Source: a cyanobacterium endosymbiont of Rhopalodia gibba (GTDB lineage Bacteria; Cyanobacteriota; Cyanobacteriia; Cyanobacteriales; Microcystaceae). From it: DNA of 64,000 bases. Every line of letters begins with the position of its first letter. The stretch's first letter is position 1. Location of the stretch: NCBI GenBank assembly GCA_045159875.1, contig CP067995.1, forward strand, positions 2,336,001 through 2,400,000. Direction: 5' to 3'. The position numbers and the translations under genes were made by a program. Under the pieces are notes generated by a model. That model searched no databases, had not been told where the DNA came from, and saw nothing but the letters and a program-made list of their open reading frames with translations. Below are positions 36,874-48,450 of this stretch, one piece after another.

Positions 36874-39030
36874 TTAGACAGGAACTGCCGCTTGGCGGGC
36901 TGCTGCTGCTTCATCAGGATGAATGCCCAATCGAGTTAAGTTAAGGCGGCCTTTGCTATCGATTTCTCGTACTTTGACCACGACTTCATCGCCTACAGCG
37001 ACTTCATCTTCTACCTTCCCTACACGCCCTTCGGCTAATTGAGAAATATGAATCATGCCTTCTTTACCAGGAAGCACTTCGACAAAAGCCCCAATTTGAA
37101 TGATACGGGTAACGCGACCCGCATAAACTTCACCTTCATTGAGTTTGCGGGTCATATTGTAAATGATTTGCTTAGCCTTCTCAGCTTTTTCGGCTTCGAG
37201 TGCCGCAATGGTTACAGTTCCATCGTCAGCAATATCAATTTTAGAACCAGTTTGTTCGGTAATACCTTTAATAGTTTTGCCCCCAGGTCCGATCACTAAT
37301 CCAATCATATCGGGATCGATTTTTATAGTTAGTAGACGAGGAGCATAGGGAGATAGATTCGTACGGGGTTTATCAATGGTGGTCAACATTCTATCAAGAA
37401 TATGTAATCGAGCTGGAAGAGCTTGTTCAATGGCTTTTGCCACTACCTCTACAGGCAGTCCGGTGATTTTCATATCCATTTGTAGAGCGGTGATACCATT
37501 ATCAGTGCCAGCCACTTTGAAGTCCATATCGCCCAAAAAGTCTTCAATTCCTTGAATATCAGTCAAAATACGAACTTCATCCCCTTCTTTAATCAGTCCC
37601 ATAGCTGCACCACTAACTGGTTTCATGATAGGAACCCCTGCATCCATTAATGCTAGGGTTGAACCACAAACTGAGCCCATAGAGGTGGAACCATTAGAAG
37701 ATAGCACCTCTGACACCACACGAATCACATAGGGAAACTCTTCTTTCGGGGGAAGAATAGGGGTTATCGCCCGTTCTGCCAAAGCTCCATGTCCAATTTC
37801 TCGGCGGACAGGGGAACGCATGGGTTTGGTTTCCCCCACAGAGAAAGGAAGAAAATTATAGTGATGCAGGTAACGTTTTTCGTCTTCGGGATGAAGATCA
37901 TCAGCAAGATCTTGGGCATCTCCTGGGGTTCCTAAGGTAACAAGGGATAGCACTTGGGTTAATCCCCGTCGGAATAAACCACTTCCATGAACCCGTTGGG
38001 GTAATAAACCAATCTGAGAGGAAATAGGACGCACTTCATCAAGTTTACGACCATCAACGCGAACCCCCTCATTAACAATCTGAGAGCGCATTAATTTTTT
38101 GGTCAAATCTTTGTACAATTTTCCTATAGATTTTGGGTCTTCAGTGGCGGCCACCTTGATTGGGTCTTCTTTGGGTAATTCGGCGATAATCTTGTTAATT
38201 TTGCTTTCTTTAATCTCATCAAGACATTTATCTCGACCACTTTTATTGAGGTCGTATTGTGTCAATACCTTTTTAATTGATTCCGAGGCGTGATCGCGGA
38301 TAAATGCTTCAACCGCTTCATTCACTAACGGTGGTTCCTCAGTAGTCAATTCCAGTCCTAACGCTTCCATCACATCCCATTGAGCTTGAATAAGATCCCG
38401 AACTGCTTCATATCCAAAGTCAATTGCTTCGATGATATCTTGTTCTGGAAGTTGATTAGCTCCTGCTTCGACCATCACCACTCCATCGGGACTTCCAGCA
38501 ACTACGAGATCTAAGTCTCCTGTGTCTATTTCCCGATAGGTGGGGTTAATAATAAAATCATCTCCAATCAACCCAACTCTAACGGCGGCCATTGGACCAA
38601 AGAAGGGAATTTTTGCGACAATCATTGCAATTGACGAACCTGTGACTGCAAGAACGTCGGGGGGAACTTCTTCATCCATCGAAAGAGTCGTAGCAATAAT
38701 TTGTATATCATCCCGTATCCAGTTGGGGCACAGAGGACGTAGAGGACGATCAATTAGGCGGCTAATGAGAATAGCTTTTTCAGGGGGACGACCTTCTCGT
38801 CGCAAAAAACCACCGGGAATACGCCCGGCGGCATACAGTCTTTCTTCATAATCTACGGTTAGAGGAAGAAAATCGATTCCTTCTCTCCCTACTGTTCTTG
38901 TTGCAGTTACCAAAACTGCAGTGTCTCCAGACTGGATTAAAACGGCTCCCCCTGCTTGCGGGGCTAGTAGTCCCAACTTTAGCCGAATATCCCGTCCGTC
39001 AAAAGATATTGACTTATCAAACTCTTGCAT
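36874..39030 (-). CDS. pnp: Polyribonucleotide nucleotidyltransferase
   Basis: [41 protein letters not shown] and S1 domains. Confidence 0.99.
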   Translation of the reverse strand: MQEFDKSISFDGRDIRLKLGLLAPQAGGAVLIQSGDTAVLVTATRTVGREGIDFLPLTVDYEERLYAAGRIPGGFLRREGRPPEKAILISRLIDRPLRPLCPNWIRDDIQIIATTLSMDEEVPPDVLAVTGSSIAMIVAKIPFFGPMAAVRVGLIGDDFIINPTYREIDTGDLDLVVAGSPDGVVMVEAGANQLPEQDIIEAIDFGYEAVRDLIQAQWDVMEALGLELTTEEPPLVNEAVEAFIRDHASESIKKVLTQYDLNKSGRDKCLDEIKESKINKIIAELPKEDPIKVAATEDPKSIGKLYKDLTKKLMRSQIVNEGVRVDGRKLDEVRPISSQIGLLPQRVHGSGLFRRGLTQVLSLVTLGTPGDAQDLADDLHPEDEKRYLHHYNFLPFSVGETKPMRSPVRREIGHGALAERAITPILPPKEEFPYVIRVVSEVLSSNGSTSMGSVCGSTLALMDAGVPIMKPVSGAAMGLIKEGDEVRILTDIQGIEDFLGDMDFKVAGTDNGITALQMDMKITGLPVEVVAKAIEQALPARLHILDRMLTTIDKPRTNLSPYAPRLLTIKIDPDMIGLVIGPGGKTIKGITEQTGSKIDIADDGTVTIAALEAEKAEKAKQIIYNMTRKLNEGEVYAGRVTRIIQIGAFVEVLPGKEGMIHISQLAEGRVGKVEDEVAVGDEVVVKVREIDSKGRLNLTRLGIHPDEAAAARQAAVPV

Positions 39031-39869
39031 GTAGCGTTTGTTCCTTTTTTTATCACGTTTCTTCTTCTAGAGCAATCCTAACATTTTTAGTTCACCCTCG
39101 CTGATTTCTGTGCTACTTAATATTTAGATATTGATATTGTAGGAAATGTGATGATACGAAAGTTGATAAAAAGTTAATATACGAATGATTAATATACGAA
39201 TGTTTTTTATTTTTTTAAAAGTTTTAAGATTTTAAATTCACTTGTAACTATTAAGTGCCAAAGACAGTACTAGTATAGTCGTTGAAAAGTTTAAGGCAAG
39301 ATAATTTTTATAATAATAAATATTATTTATGTGTCTATATTTTAGGGTTATTTTTTTTGGCTAAAAAAATATTTAAAAATTTTAAATAGTTTTATTATTT
39401 CTACTATTTTTCAGATATCATGTCATGTAATTTAAATTTAAAAGTAATATTTTTACATAAGAGGAAACGTCACCAATAATAGTAGCAATATTAAAGATTA
39501 TATTAGATGCTCAAAAAGGATAAATTTTAAAAAACTGGCTATATTCAAACTACTTATTCCTTGCATAAGGAATAGAAACATAATATCTTTGTCCTTAAAT
39601 TTACTAGTAAATGCTCTGCATATAAATATTTATAAAAAATCATAGCCTCCGGAATAGTTCCAGTAACAATTTTAGTAATTCTAGTTAGAAACTATTTTTC
39701 GGCACAGGGAATATAGGGTATAGCGATTATACTTAATATTTATTGAGTGATTAATTTAGTATTGTTTTATATTAAAAATATAAATATAGAGTTTTGCTAT
39801 AAATAATTAACTAGGTATTTTTTTTTATAAACAGTAAATATTGTAGTCTCTTTTTTAAAAAAATTAGAC

Positions 39870-41110
39870 ATTTTGCTGAAATTATTTACTTAACTTATCA
39901 TGAAAAAGTTTACCTAGTTTAATCAATAATGAAAATACTTAAAATTAGTTATTTTTATGTCTAAAATAAAATAATAATAGTTTTATTTTTCTAAAAAAAT
40001 ACCCAATAGCAATTGGCATTTATTGTGATTTAACTACTAGGAAATTTAATTAAATTAATGAATTAATTTTGACTGATTTTTCTGCTTAATAAAAATTCGT
40101 CTATCTCAAGATAGATTGTCATTAAATGAACTATATATAGTTAATGTACAAATACATTCCCAGAAGAGTTTAGCTAATTTAAAAGAAAAGAACACATTGT
40201 GAAGATTATTAGATAAAAACTATTCAATATGTCTTAAACAACGACATTAAGAATATAGCTAAAAGAAATAGAGTAGGTGGACAACAGACCAAAATAACAC
40301 TCAATGATATACGTCAAAAATTGCAGATAAAAAATATCAGCTATTGAAACGGTTGGCAATTGATGAAATTGTTGTGATTAGAGAATAAAGGAGTCACTAT
40401 ACAATAGTAGTAGATTTAGACGAAGAAATGAGTATAGAATTATGGAAGAAAGAACATCTGAAGAAATAGTAAAATAGTTATAAAATTTAGAAAAAAAGTT
40501 TTAAACAAAATTCAATAGGTTGGTCTAAGTCTTTAGAAATCTTCTAGAAATGTTGCAAACAAATTAATGCTATAAACTGAAGTAGTAGCAGATGTATTTA
40601 GCCTGCTTAAAGAAGTTTATAGTCAATTAGATAGTGAAATAAAAACTATTAAACAAAAATATAAATGGCTTTAAATACTAGTTAACACCAAAAAAAGTGA
40701 GGTTTAAATAAAAGTCAATATGTTTTGTGTAAAAATTAAGAAGATTTAAGCAAAGAACAAAGAGTAAAATAAAACTAAGTGTATAAAAAACACCATTCCT
40801 TTCTTTTCAAGAAGACACCAATTAGAAGAAATAAGTAATTTAGAATATTTTCGATAAAAACGAATAATTGGTATTAGTACTATTGAAATTAGCCGATTAG
40901 TATCAAAAAACTTATTTATTGCACCCAAAAAAATTCCAGAATAATTCAGCTAAGCGTTGAATTATTAGAAATCATTGTATATTTTTACCTAAGGAAAAAT
41001 AAAGAAACAGTAAAATATAGTAATAATAAATTGGAGTTGATTATAAGTAGAACTTATAGACTTAAAAATTTTGTCAATTTTTAACTATAAAATTTTTTAA
41101 CTTAGCATTT
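39870..41110 (+). mobile_element. Decayed, nearly full-length ISL3 transposase
   Basis: Collinear fragments LLNLS, FPEEL, LKRLAIDEIVV, YTIVVDLD, EVVADVFSLLKEVYSQLD, NNKLELIISRTYRLKNFVNF..HF with many stops. Confidence 0.85.
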
Positions 41111-41624
41111 CACTAGCTAATTTTATATCATTAGTATCAGTTCTGTATAACTAAAAAAGTTAATTAAAAATCTACACTACAAGAAAAACATACATAGTAT
41201 CTTACACATTCGTCTGGAAATAACTATCAATCACATGAACATACTACAGAAAATAACTTATACTTTGCCTAAGTTTGATTGTATTTTAATAAAAGTTTAA
41301 TGCTTATCATTTTTGAAGTATAAAAGAGTCTCGAAGGTATCAAAAAAAATTACCGATAAGTTTTAAAAATATTCTAACTTGATTCAAATATTGAAATTAT
41401 ATTTCCTAAGAACCAAATAAAGTAAAGTAATTCAAAAAATTGTATTTAATTCAAAACAAGGATAAAAATAAGATATTGAGTTGGCTCATAATATAGAAAA
41501 AAGATAGGTTTTTAGATAAAATAACTGCCGAAATAATATCTCTATTTTAAATACTTTGTCTGTTTTAAATGTCTTAGAAGATTGGCGATTATACTTTATA
41601 TAAATGTTTAATTATTCAATAAAA

Positions 41625-41672
41625 TATTCCCTTAATAATATGTTGCTTAAAAAACATATTATTAAGGGAATA
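41625..41672. repeat. Perfect inverted repeat, 20-bp arms, 8-nt loop
   Basis: tattcccttaataatatgtt-gcttaaaa-aacatattattaagggaata, at the 3' end of the hdrB relic. Confidence 0.93.
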
Positions 41673-41674
41673 AC

Positions 41675-42535
41675 ATGACTATTTAATTTTAATTTAACGA
41701 ATTTTATGTCTAATACTAATGCCACTAACTTGGGTGAATGTAGCACAGAAAAGTTTAATTTTTGTTCAACAATTTTCTCAATTTATGGTTGTCTAAAATC
41801 TAAATTTAAGTAACATAAAGAGCAGGGAGTGACTAAACAACCTGCCCCCGCTTCTTCAATAGCTTCTTTTAGGTAATTTACTGCAATTTTAAACGACTTT
41901 TTGGTCGCATGTTTAGGGAAAACCACAATATAGAGTCCGTCCTTAATAATAGATAGGAGTTGCCCCAAAGGTACAAAACAACTTTTTAAACACTCTGATT
42001 CAAAGCGATTATCATAAGGAAGACTATCCTGAGTTCGTAATAAATAACAGCCATAAAATGCAGCTAAATTTAAATAAATTAACTTCTTTATCACTTTTTT
42101 TAAAAATTTTTGAAGACCATAATCAGCTACTAATGCCCATAATATATATTTAACTTCAGTCGCTCTTTAATAAGGAAAACAATGTTCTTTCTCTAAGAAT
42201 ACATTAACTTGTTTTAAATAATTAGGGTCATTTTACTATGCATTTTTAAGACGTTCGTCTACATACCCAATGACTCCCTGACAGGTACTACATACAATTA
42301 GGTTAACAAGGGGAGATTCAAAGACTCAGCTAAAGCAATATTACGCGCATTGACCGTAGACCGTATTTTCTAATAACTGGGAATCTCCTTGATAAATTAC
42401 TAAACCACAACAGGCGGCTTTTTTGAGCTCAATCGATTCTATTCCCAACAAATCAGTGAGAGCAGCAGTAGACAGATAAAGTTTACGACAAGCACCTTTG
42501 GTAACACAACCCGGATAATAAGCGCATTTCAGCAT
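41675..42535 (-). pseudogene. hdrB: HdrB / CCG-domain protein (cyanobacterial succinate dehydrogenase subunit C-like) pseudogene
   Basis: MLKCAYYPGC..GACRKL, KKAACCG, CSTCQGV, AAFYGCYLLR, CLVTPCSLCYLNLD, VLHSPKLV; broken by stops and shifts. Confidence 0.88.
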
Positions 42536-42719
42536 TGTTTAACGTACCGGATGATAGGTCTAGGAACTCTCACTGTTAAGGCGAAGTTTAACAATAAGTT
42601 TTTGTTTTTACTGGTTCTACAACATATTTCGTCTTTCCCACATATCTAAAACATTCAATTGCGCTAACTCATTTTGAAAAAATTTGGGATAATGACCATA
42701 ACTGAATAAACGCTAAACT

Positions 42720-44963
42720 ATGCCCGATTGGAAATTCCTCTTTGCTCGCCCTTCTCAACCTGCTACTGTCCCTCCCGAAGGGACTCAAGAGGGTTTAGGA
42801 ACTTTTGGCGGAGTCTATACCCCTTCTATTTTGACCATTCTTGGCGTAATTATGTATCTTCGCTTTGGTTGGGTGGTGGGAAATGTGGGGTTATTAGGAA
42901 CCTTATTGATTGTCATCTTAGCCAACAGCATCACCTTTTTTACCGCTCTATCTGTCTGTGCGATCGCAACAGACAAGGTAGTAAGAGCAGGGGGAGCTTA
43001 TTACATGATCAGTCGCTCTTTAGGAGCAGAAACAGGAGGAGCTGTAGGAATTCCTCTCTATTTCGCCCAAGCTCTTTCTGTGGCTTTATATACTATCGGC
43101 TTTGCTGAAAGCTTGAAGGCAGCCTTTCCCCACTTTAATCAACTTTATGTGGCACTAGTCGTAACAAGTTTAGTTGGAATATTAGCGTTTATGTCGGCCA
43201 GTATTGCTATTAAAGCGCAATATTTCATTATGGCTGCTATTGTCCTGTCCTTAGTGTCATTCTACTTTGGACACCCCGTAGAAGAAACTTATATTGAATT
43301 GTGGGTTAACAATAAAGCTCCTTTCTGGACAGTTTTTTCAGTATTTTTCCCGGCGGTAACAGGAATTATGGCTGGGGTCAATATGTCAGGAGATTTACGA
43401 GATCCCATCCGATCTTTGCCTAGTGGAACTCTGTGGGCTGTTGGGACAGGATTTGCTATCTATATGACCATGCCCATTTTCCTGTCCATGCGAGCTAATG
43501 GTACCACTCTAATTGCAGAACCTTTGATCATGCAACAGATGGCTGTCTGGGGTCCTTTGATTTTGTTGGGGGTGTGGGGGGCAACCCTCAGTAGTGCTAT
43601 TGGTAGTATTTTGGGTGCACCTCGTATTCTGCAGGCGTTGGCTAGAGATGGGATTTTACCAAAATGGATGAGTTTCCTCGGACAAGGAAGTGGACCTCAG
43701 GATGAACCGAAAATGGGGACTCTAGCGACCTTGGTAGTAGCGATTGCAGCGGTTTGTGTCGGAGATTTGAATTTAATTGCCCCTGTCCTAACGATGTTCT
43801 TTTTAACCACCTATTTAGTGTTAAATATGTCAGCGGCTATTGAAGGATTTCTACAAAGTCCTTCTTTTCGTCCCTCATTTAAGATTCATTGGGCGTTTTC
43901 CCTGACCGGGGCAATCGGTTGTTTAATTGTCATGTTTCTGATTGATGCTGTTGCGACTGTTGTAGCAGCGATTGTGGTGATTGGAATTTATTTTTGGGTA
44001 CGTCAGCGAGAATTAATAGTGACGTGGGGGGATGTACGTCGAGGACTTTGGATGGCTTTATTAAGGACGGCAATTCTGCAAACCGATCACACCGACGATA
44101 CTAAAAACTGGCGACCTCAACTCTTAGTGTTGTCGGGGGCACCGACTAAACGCTGGACTTTAATTCAGTTAGCAGAAGCATTAACCCATAATCGAGGTTT
44201 AATTACAGTATCAAGTGTTCTCCCTGTTGGTTCACGAGATATGGCCAAACAGGTGATCCTAGAAAAGCGGATTCGCAATTATCTGCAACGAAGGGGTGTA
44301 CAGGCGTTAGTTAGGTTGGTAACAGCTCCTGATCCCTTCGATGGAGCTGAAAGACTTGTGGAGACTTACGGACTAGGATCTATTGTCCCTGATACAGTAT
44401 TGCTAGGAGATTCTAAACAACCATCCCACCGTGATCGCTATTGTCAAATGATTGCCAACCTCCATCGCGCCCAACGCAATGTTATTATTTTGAGAGAAAA
44501 CACTAAACTCTACCAAAACCCCTTTTTGGAGTCAAGACACCGCCCTTGTTACATAGATATTTGGTGGAGTGGGGGAATGCAGGGAAATGGTAGTCTGATG
44601 CTGATTTTAGCCTATTTATTGCGTTCTAATCCCAACTGGCAAGATGCGGAGATTTGTCTTAAGTTAGTAGTTACCGATGAAACGGGAGTTCAAGCAGCCC
44701 AAGCTAATTTAGACAATTTGGCTAAACACTTGAGAATTGGGGCTTTATCAGAGGTTATCTTGGCTGATGGAAGAACGTTTGCCACAATTCTTAAAAAATC
44801 CTCTATGGGAGCTGATTTAATCTTTTTAGGCATGGCTAGTCCCGGCGAAACGTTCATGCAATCCTATGAAAAGTTACAAAATTGGACAGAAAACTTACCC
44901 ACATCAATCTTTGTACTAGCTGCCCCGGGATTTGATTTTGAGCAGGTATTGGGAGAAAATTAA
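42720..44963 (+). CDS. Cation-chloride cotransporter (SLC12/CCC-like, APC superfamily)
   Basis: LGTFGGVYTP..ILGVIMYLR.GWVVG, GGAYYMISRSLG, FFPAVTGIMAG.NMSGDL, GAPRILQALARD, FRPSF, KNWRPQ, IDIWW. Confidence 0.92.
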   Translation: MPDWKFLFARPSQPATVPPEGTQEGLGTFGGVYTPSILTILGVIMYLRFGWVVGNVGLLGTLLIVILANSITFFTALSVCAIATDKVVRAGGAYYMISRSLGAETGGAVGIPLYFAQALSVALYTIGFAESLKAAFPHFNQLYVALVVTSLVGILAFMSASIAIKAQYFIMAAIVLSLVSFYFGHPVEETYIELWVNNKAPFWTVFSVFFPAVTGIMAGVNMSGDLRDPIRSLPSGTLWAVGTGFAIYMTMPIFLSMRANGTTLIAEPLIMQQMAVWGPLILLGVWGATLSSAIGSILGAPRILQALARDGILPKWMSFLGQGSGPQDEPKMGTLATLVVAIAAVCVGDLNLIAPVLTMFFLTTYLVLNMSAAIEGFLQSPSFRPSFKIHWAFSLTGAIGCLIVMFLIDAVATVVAAIVVIGIYFWVRQRELIVTWGDVRRGLWMALLRTAILQTDHTDDTKNWRPQLLVLSGAPTKRWTLIQLAEALTHNRGLITVSSVLPVGSRDMAKQVILEKRIRNYLQRRGVQALVRLVTAPDPFDGAERLVETYGLGSIVPDTVLLGDSKQPSHRDRYCQMIANLHRAQRNVIILRENTKLYQNPFLESRHRPCYIDIWWSGGMQGNGSLMLILAYLLRSNPNWQDAEICLKLVVTDETGVQAAQANLDNLAKHLRIGALSEVILADGRTFATILKKSSMGADLIFLGMASPGETFMQSYEKLQNWTENLPTSIFVLAAPGFDFEQVLGEN

Positions 44964-45671
44964 ATAAAATATCCAAAGTGACCTAAGTATCTTGCTAAAG
45001 ATGTCTTAATTTTATCAGAAAGAACTGCTCCTCTTTCTTCTTCTCTAATTAAGACCTTATATCGCTACTTCTTTGTCACAGAAAAAACTACTCTTATAGA
45101 CTTTGATTCCATCAGTTTTATCAAAAAAACCGTTTTTTTCTTCAACCCACAAAAGAAATGTTTAGCTATTAAATTTAAGGAAAGAACGTAGAATGTTTAA
45201 CTAAGTGATTAAGGAGTTACTACCTTCTAATATTTTATAAATTACCTAATTTTTCATATAAATTAACCATAGAATATCTTTTTGTTTAGCATAAATGTTG
45301 TCGGTAAACCCAGCTTCAATAGAGCTATTTTAACTAAAATAATTTAAATGCTATAGAAAATAAGAAACTGTTATGTCTCTGTCTATACAATATATATTTT
45401 AATATAAATAGATTACTTTTTTTAGCTTATTTTTTTAAAAAACGTAAACAGTATATTCTCTAAATTAGATTATTTATTCTTAATAAATTTAAGTCTAATT
45501 AAAATTTCTAAAGTTATTGTATGTCTTTAATATTTATCTGAACTTACTTATTTTTATTAGATTCAATATTCGGTACTGTTATTAATTAATTTAAAATAAA
45601 AAAATGATAACTTTAAGTTATAATAGAGAATGGGTATCAATTTTTATCATGAAACATTAGCTCGTTATCAG

Positions 45672-45747
45672 CTTTTTTAAAATTCTAACTCTTTTTTAAA
45701 ATTCTAACTCTTTTTTAAAATTCTAACTCTTTTTTAAAATTCTAACT
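45672..45747 (+). repeat. 19-bp tandem repeat x4 upstream of ccdA
   Basis: (cttttttaaaattctaact)x4, identical units, no spacers. Confidence 0.95.
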
Positions 45748-45817
45748 ATTTTAAATGTCTGATTGTCCCATACTTTAAGCTAAAATGCAAAGTGAACCGC
45801 CCCACACTTTCTAAAAT

Positions 45818-46558
45818 ATGCTCTACAGATTTCAAACCCAATTCTATCAGCTTGAACAATTTGCCAATCAATTGGTTTCTTCGCAGTTAACCCATCTCAG
45901 TTGGTTGAGTTTAACAGTTATTTTTATTGCCGGATTATTAACTAGCTTAACCCCTTGCATGCTCTCGATGTTACCGGTTACTATTGGTTACATTGGAGGT
46001 TACGAAAACCAAGGGAGAAGACAAGCAGCTATCCAATCAATTTGGTTTTCTTTGGGTTTAGCTACTACCCTTGCAGGATTAGGAATTACAGCAGCTTCTT
46101 TGGGAAAAATCTATGGACAAATTGGAGCTGGATTACCAATCTTTGTGAGTTTAATCGCAATTCTAATGGGACTAAATTTATTAGAATTAATTTCTTTAAA
46201 ATTACCTTATTTTGGTAATAGTGATTGGATTACAGACAATTTGCCACCAGGGATACGTTCCTATTCTCTTGGTCTAACTTTCGGATTAGTTGCATCTCCT
46301 TGCAGTACTTCCGTCTTAGCGACTTTGTTGGCTTGGGTTGCATCGACTCAAAATTTATTATTAGGGGGGATATTATTGCTAATGTATACAATTGGCTATG
46401 TTACTCCTTTAATTGTAGCAGGAACCTTTACTGCATCTATGAAAAAATTATTAGAGTTACGTCGTTGGTCAATTTGGATTAATCCTGTGAGTGGTATTTT
46501 ATTAATTAGTTTTGGATTCTTGTCTCTTTTATCTCGTTTACCCTCCAAAAGTGGATAA
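45818..46558 (+). CDS. ccdA: Cytochrome c biogenesis protein CcdA
   Basis: GLLTSLTPCMLSMLP and ASPCST cysteines; multiple TM. Confidence 0.93.
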   Translation: MLYRFQTQFYQLEQFANQLVSSQLTHLSWLSLTVIFIAGLLTSLTPCMLSMLPVTIGYIGGYENQGRRQAAIQSIWFSLGLATTLAGLGITAASLGKIYGQIGAGLPIFVSLIAILMGLNLLELISLKLPYFGNSDWITDNLPPGIRSYSLGLTFGLVASPCSTSVLATLLAWVASTQNLLLGGILLLMYTIGYVTPLIVAGTFTASMKKLLELRRWSIWINPVSGILLISFGFLSLLSRLPSKSG

Positions 46559-46686
46559 TTGGTAATGGAGTAGTTTTTAAAAAAATCAAACCTATAATAG
46601 GAGTTAAATCTACAATAATTTCAAAAGACTAAACCTAGTAATATTTATCTAACGAAAAGTGTTGATTTTTAAGAAATATTGAAACT

Positions 46687-48057
46687 ATGACCGCTTCTAA
46701 TTTACCTGAAAAAAATAATTTTTTCTTATTATTTCAGCAAGGATGGCAACAGATTGTCAAGATAGTAGCTGATTTACGGTTAGCTATTATTCTGCTATTA
46801 GTAATCGCTCTATTTAGTGTTAGTGGAACTGTCATTGAACAAGGAGAAAGTCTATCTTTTTATCAAGGAAATTATCCTGAAAATCCTGCATTATTTGGTT
46901 TTCTTACTTGGAAGATCATCCTGACTTTAGGATTAAATCATGTTTACAGTACTTGGTGGTTTTTATCTCTATTAGTTTTTTTGGGAACTAGTCTTACCGC
47001 TTGTACGTTTACTCGTCAATTCTCTGCCTTTAAAGCTGCTCGTAACTGGTATTTTTATCAGCAACCTCGTCAGTTTCAAAAGTTGGCTTTAAGTGGGGAT
47101 ATTGAAAACATATCTCTGGCTAATGTCGTTAATTTATTAAAAAAACGAGGTTATAAAGTTTACCAAAATGAAAACTCTTTATATGCCCGCAAAGGAATTG
47201 TAGGCAGAATAGGACCAATTATTGTTCATGCTGCTATGTTGATCATTTTGGGAGGAGCAATTTGGGGGGTATTGGCAGGATTTTTGGCTCAAGAAATGGT
47301 TGCTAGTGGCTCAACTTTTGAAGTTAAGAATATTATTGAAGCAGGTCCTTTCTCAAAACCATTAATCCCAACTAATTGGGGAATTCGAGTTAATCAGTTT
47401 TGGATTGACTATACTCATAATGGAGATATTAAGCAGTTTTATTCTGACCTCTCGGTTATTAACAATCAAGGGGAAGAATTAGAGCGCAAAACTATTTTTG
47501 TCAATCAACCTTTGAGATATGATGGGGTTACTTTTTATCAAACCAATTGGGGAATTGCTGGTGTAAAAGTTCAAGTTAATCAAGGTCCTATTTTGCAAAT
47601 TCCTATAGTTCCCTTAAACACCCAAGGAGAAGGTAAAATATGGGGAACTTGGATTCCTACTAAGCCTAATTTAAGTGAAGGGGTATCCTTACTAGTTAAA
47701 GATCTACAAGGAACCATGATTGTTTATGATAACAATGGGGATCTTTATAGTGCAATTCGCCCAGGAATGGTGGTTGATATTAATGGGGTTACTCTCAAAG
47801 TTTTTGAATTAATTGGGAGTACAGGACTACAAATTAAAGCTGATCCTGGAATTCCTCTTGTTTATACTGGGTTTGGATTATTAATGCTTGGGGTAATCGC
47901 AAGTTATGTTTCCCACTCCCAAGTTTGGGTTTTACAACAAGAAAATCGCTGTTTTATTGGAGGTAAAACTAATCGAGCACACGTCAGTTTTGAAAAGGAA
48001 CTAGTCAGAATTTTAGACGAATTAAAAAGTTACAAAACAGAGCCTCAATTCTTGTAA
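46687..48057 (+). CDS. ccs1: Cytochrome c biogenesis protein Ccs1/CcsB (ResB family)
   Basis: [44 protein letters not shown]. Confidence 0.94.
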   Translation: MTASNLPEKNNFFLLFQQGWQQIVKIVADLRLAIILLLVIALFSVSGTVIEQGESLSFYQGNYPENPALFGFLTWKIILTLGLNHVYSTWWFLSLLVFLGTSLTACTFTRQFSAFKAARNWYFYQQPRQFQKLALSGDIENISLANVVNLLKKRGYKVYQNENSLYARKGIVGRIGPIIVHAAMLIILGGAIWGVLAGFLAQEMVASGSTFEVKNIIEAGPFSKPLIPTNWGIRVNQFWIDYTHNGDIKQFYSDLSVINNQGEELERKTIFVNQPLRYDGVTFYQTNWGIAGVKVQVNQGPILQIPIVPLNTQGEGKIWGTWIPTKPNLSEGVSLLVKDLQGTMIVYDNNGDLYSAIRPGMVVDINGVTLKVFELIGSTGLQIKADPGIPLVYTGFGLLMLGVIASYVSHSQVWVLQQENRCFIGGKTNRAHVSFEKELVRILDELKSYKTEPQFL

Positions 48058-48087
48058 ATTTAATGGTAAAAATCAATATCTTGATCA

Positions 48088-48411
48088 TTATTCTTCTATA
48101 GAAGAAAGTCTTTTTAAAAATAGTTGAATGGCTAAAAGAGTTAACCCAAAAGCCACAAAAACACAAACAAAAGTGGCTAAAGAAGCGATTCCCATCACTA
48201 AGGTTCGTACCAGAGAACCAATTTTTAAGACCAAAGGATTATGAGAGATGAGGGGTTTAGTCGTAAAGCTTTGAAAAATAGAAAAAGTGAGACAATAAAA
48301 GCCAAATGCCAAAGCTCCTGAAATAGTTGAACCAATTAGACAACGTAACGGTGTGACTTTTTTATCTTGAGAACGATCTTTTGCTGGAGTGGGCATGGGT
48401 GAATTTGTCAT
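48088..48411 (-). CDS. Membrane protein (DUF3082-like)
   Basis: TPLRCLIGS, VRTLVMG; two TM segments. Confidence 0.7.
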   Translation of the reverse strand: MTNSPMPTPAKDRSQDKKVTPLRCLIGSTISGALAFGFYCLTFSIFQSFTTKPLISHNPLVLKIGSLVRTLVMGIASLATFVCVFVAFGLTLLAIQLFLKRLSSIEE

Positions 48412-48450
48412 GAACAGTAGGGTAAACGATAACTTTAATCGGTCATATTA

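Noticed and set aside
45672..45747. CRISPR array
   Set aside because: Contiguous identical units without spacers; no cas genes in the window
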